IMG/VR virus record: IMGVR_UViG_3300034157_000063
Reading direction: 5' to 3' (one strand)
From: a virus
Lineage: Duplodnaviria; Heunggongvirae; Uroviricota; Caudoviricetes
Length of the DNA: 64,000 nucleotides
Below, in pieces: positions 62,032 through 64,000 of the stretch. The position numbers and the translations under genes are program-made. The notes beneath the pieces are model-generated. The model saw nothing but the letters and a program-made list of their open reading frames with translations, was not told where the DNA came from and did no database searches. Within the stretch, counting starts at the first letter, position 1. Each line of letters opens with the position of its first letter.

Positions 62032-62292
62032 ATGGAAAAGAATAATAAGCGTGCTGAAAGGCGTTTTAATGACGTTAAACAAGTTCGTAAACAGATGAAA
62101 ATTTTAAAGCAATATGATATGATTACTCCACAAACTATCTCTGGTATGTATGTGAAACATAAAGCGTTAAATTGTGGTAGACCACGTTGCAGGCATTGTA
62201 TGAATCCACGCAAAGCTTATGGTTACAAAACATTGAAAGAAGAAATCAATGATGTAGTGTTTAAAGAGGCCATGAACGACCTCGATATTTAA
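62032..62292 (+). CDS. small basic Cys-motif (probably Zn-binding) protein
   Basis: HKALNCGRPRCRHCMNPRK; AGGAG RBS. Confidence 0.75.
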   Translation: MEKNNKRAERRFNDVKQVRKQMKILKQYDMITPQTISGMYVKHKALNCGRPRCRHCMNPRKAYGYKTLKEEINDVVFKEAMNDLDI

Positions 62293-62343
62293 AGAGAGCT
62301 TAGGCTCTTTTTTGTTGTTTAAATTTTGTGTTTGTAGTATAAT
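62291..62343 (+). repeat. terminator-promoter cassette, copy 1
   Basis: AGAGC-loop-GCTCTTTTTT, TTG-35, TTTGTAGTATAATA; repeated at 63101 and 63904. Confidence 0.75.
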
Positions 62344-62364
62344 ACATCTTATTATATTGCTCAT

Positions 62365-63078
62365 ATGGAAATTATCATGAACGAAAAAACTTTAACAGAC
62401 GATCTTGCTTTATTTAAAGTTCGTGCCACCAATATTATGGCTGATTTTTTTATAAAATGGCAATCATCATTTGTTTATGATAAGGTTTATTTTGATGAAG
62501 CACAAATTCAACCTACCAGTCTTAAAGAAAGAATTTACACACTTAGTGTTAAGGTGGTTGATGAAAATAGATTTAAAGAAACGAAAGTGGTGGTCACAGG
62601 TAATTTAGATGATGATGATGAGTTGTCTCATCGTTATACAACTACATTGACAGTCAATGGTGATAAGATTCATGGTTTTAAAAGAGTCGATTTTGATCCA
62701 TATTCATTGGGTTCTGATTTTAAAAAATTCTATGCAACATTTTTTAATTATAATGTGTTGGATAATCGTTACAATAGATTTTTTCTTACTTTTGATGAAC
62801 AAGCTAATATATCAAATATTCGCATTTTTTTTGACGCATCAAAAGATAACAATACTTTTACAATTGACCGATTAATTTATAATTATGAAGATATTATTAT
62901 TTTAAGCCGTTACAATCTTCTGAATTCTGGTTTCAGTAGTTATTGTAATTTTAAATTTCTTTGGTACTGCACGAATATTAGAAATGTTATTAACGAACAA
63001 AATTTGATAGATGCATATCAGGAATATATCAAAAATATGGATAGCTATCATATATTGCTTAAAATGGGAAAAATTTAA
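62365..63078 (+). CDS. orphan protein with C-terminal MxxI tag; paralogue of 63177..63878
   Basis: Shared FK.RA, WQ.SF..DK.YFDE.Q, VVTGNL, NF.FLW..TNIR; ends YHILLKMGKI. Confidence 0.85.
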   Translation: MEIIMNEKTLTDDLALFKVRATNIMADFFIKWQSSFVYDKVYFDEAQIQPTSLKERIYTLSVKVVDENRFKETKVVVTGNLDDDDELSHRYTTTLTVNGDKIHGFKRVDFDPYSLGSDFKKFYATFFNYNVLDNRYNRFFLTFDEQANISNIRIFFDASKDNNTFTIDRLIYNYEDIIILSRYNLLNSGFSSYCNFKFLWYCTNIRNVINEQNLIDAYQEYIKNMDSYHILLKMGKI

Positions 63079-63100
63079 TAAGATAAGTAGATTACACTTC

Positions 63101-63151
63101 AAGAGCTTTGGCTCTTTTTTTATTGAACTTATTTTCATTTTGTAGTATAAT
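63101..63151 (+). repeat. terminator-promoter cassette, copy 2
   Basis: AAGAGC-TTTG-GCTCTTTTTT; TTGAAC-N17-TATAAT. Confidence 0.75.
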
Positions 63152-63176
63152 ACGGCTATTATATTGAGCTTGGAGA

Positions 63177-63878
63177 GTGACTATGACTGAAGAAATAAGT
63201 GCGACTGAAGTGGAAGTATTCAAAAAGCGAGCATCTGAAATTTTGGATAATTTTTGTAAAGAATGGCAGCATTCATTCTATAATGACAAAATCTACTTTG
63301 ATGAATATCAACTTGATTTCCCAAGTGCAGGCGTGTATACATGGAAAGTTATTGCTGTTAATATATCAACGCTAAAAAAGATGGCTATTGTGGTGACAGG
63401 TAACTTAGGAAAGGCTGATTCCTTACAACATGTTTATACGATTTCAGTGGCAGTTGATGGTGCGAGAGTTCGTGATTTAAAAAAAGATGATTTTAACCCG
63501 CTTGAGCTTCGTGATAAGTTTCATACCTTTTATACATCTATCCTTAATTATAAAGAAGTTGATAAACATGCTTATGGTTTATATCTTGTCTTTGATGAAG
63601 ACGCTAAAATTTTAAGTGCCAACACGACATTTACTATTTATAAAAACGATGAAGCCTGTCGTGCAGACCATTTTGTCTACCATGTCAGTGATTTAGATGT
63701 TTTAATCGGTTACAACCTTGTTCATACAGGTATTATTAACTATCGTAATTTTACATTTCTATGGAATCACACCAATATTCGGATTGTAATGAATGAAGGT
63801 GTTTTTTTTAATGCTTACAAGCTATACACTGAGGATATTGAACGTTACCATTCATTACTTCAAATGGAACGAATTTAA
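63177..63878 (+). CDS. orphan protein with C-terminal MxxI tag
   Basis: Ends YHSLLQMERI. Confidence 0.85.
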   Translation: MTMTEEISATEVEVFKKRASEILDNFCKEWQHSFYNDKIYFDEYQLDFPSAGVYTWKVIAVNISTLKKMAIVVTGNLGKADSLQHVYTISVAVDGARVRDLKKDDFNPLELRDKFHTFYTSILNYKEVDKHAYGLYLVFDEDAKILSANTTFTIYKNDEACRADHFVYHVSDLDVLIGYNLVHTGIINYRNFTFLWNHTNIRIVMNEGVFFNAYKLYTEDIERYHSLLQMERI

Positions 63879-63903
63879 TATTATGAATGATATTGCTATT
63901 TAA

Positions 63904-63956
63904 AAAGAGCTTCGGCTCTTTTTTTGTTGATTTTTATTGCTGTTTTGTAGTATAAT
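63904..63956 (+). repeat. terminator-promoter cassette, copy 3 (next gene starts at 63986 and runs off the window)
   Basis: AAGAGC-TTCG-GCTCTTTTTTT...TTTGTAGTATAATA, then GGAG and ATG. Confidence 0.75.
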
Positions 63957-64000
63957 AGTGCAATATATGCCTCTTGGAGATTGTGATGAGTCAGGTTACT

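Overview
AT-rich (roughly 30% GC by eye), gene-dense segment of a large mobile element: a jumbo phage, phage-plasmid or megaplasmid, probably of a gammaproteobacterial host. The window has no capsid, terminase, replicase or conjugation gene, so the element type is not settled. Isolated host-like genes lie outside their usual operons: nadE, rpsU/bS21, HPF, tilS, an EndA-type nuclease, an invasin, a DEDDh exonuclease, an ErpA/IscA protein, a PLP enzyme, an MCP, an LprI-like protein and a stand-alone LeuA regulatory domain. They are mixed with many orphan genes, tandem paralogue pairs, sigma70-type promoters, short intrinsic terminators, three canonical tRNAs and several non-canonical structured RNAs. 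The strongest unexplained signal is a C-terminal tag, [LIV]-x-x-M-x-x-[ILVY]-COOH, on 18 orphan proteins from several unrelated families, plus 2 variants. A second, non-overlapping set of about 11 proteins ends in Lys-rich tails. Together they suggest two C-terminal address labels or docking peptides. A family of exported proteins with a shared N-terminal motif, 0-2 stalk repeats and a variable tip is also present. All family calls come from reading motifs by eye; no searches were run.
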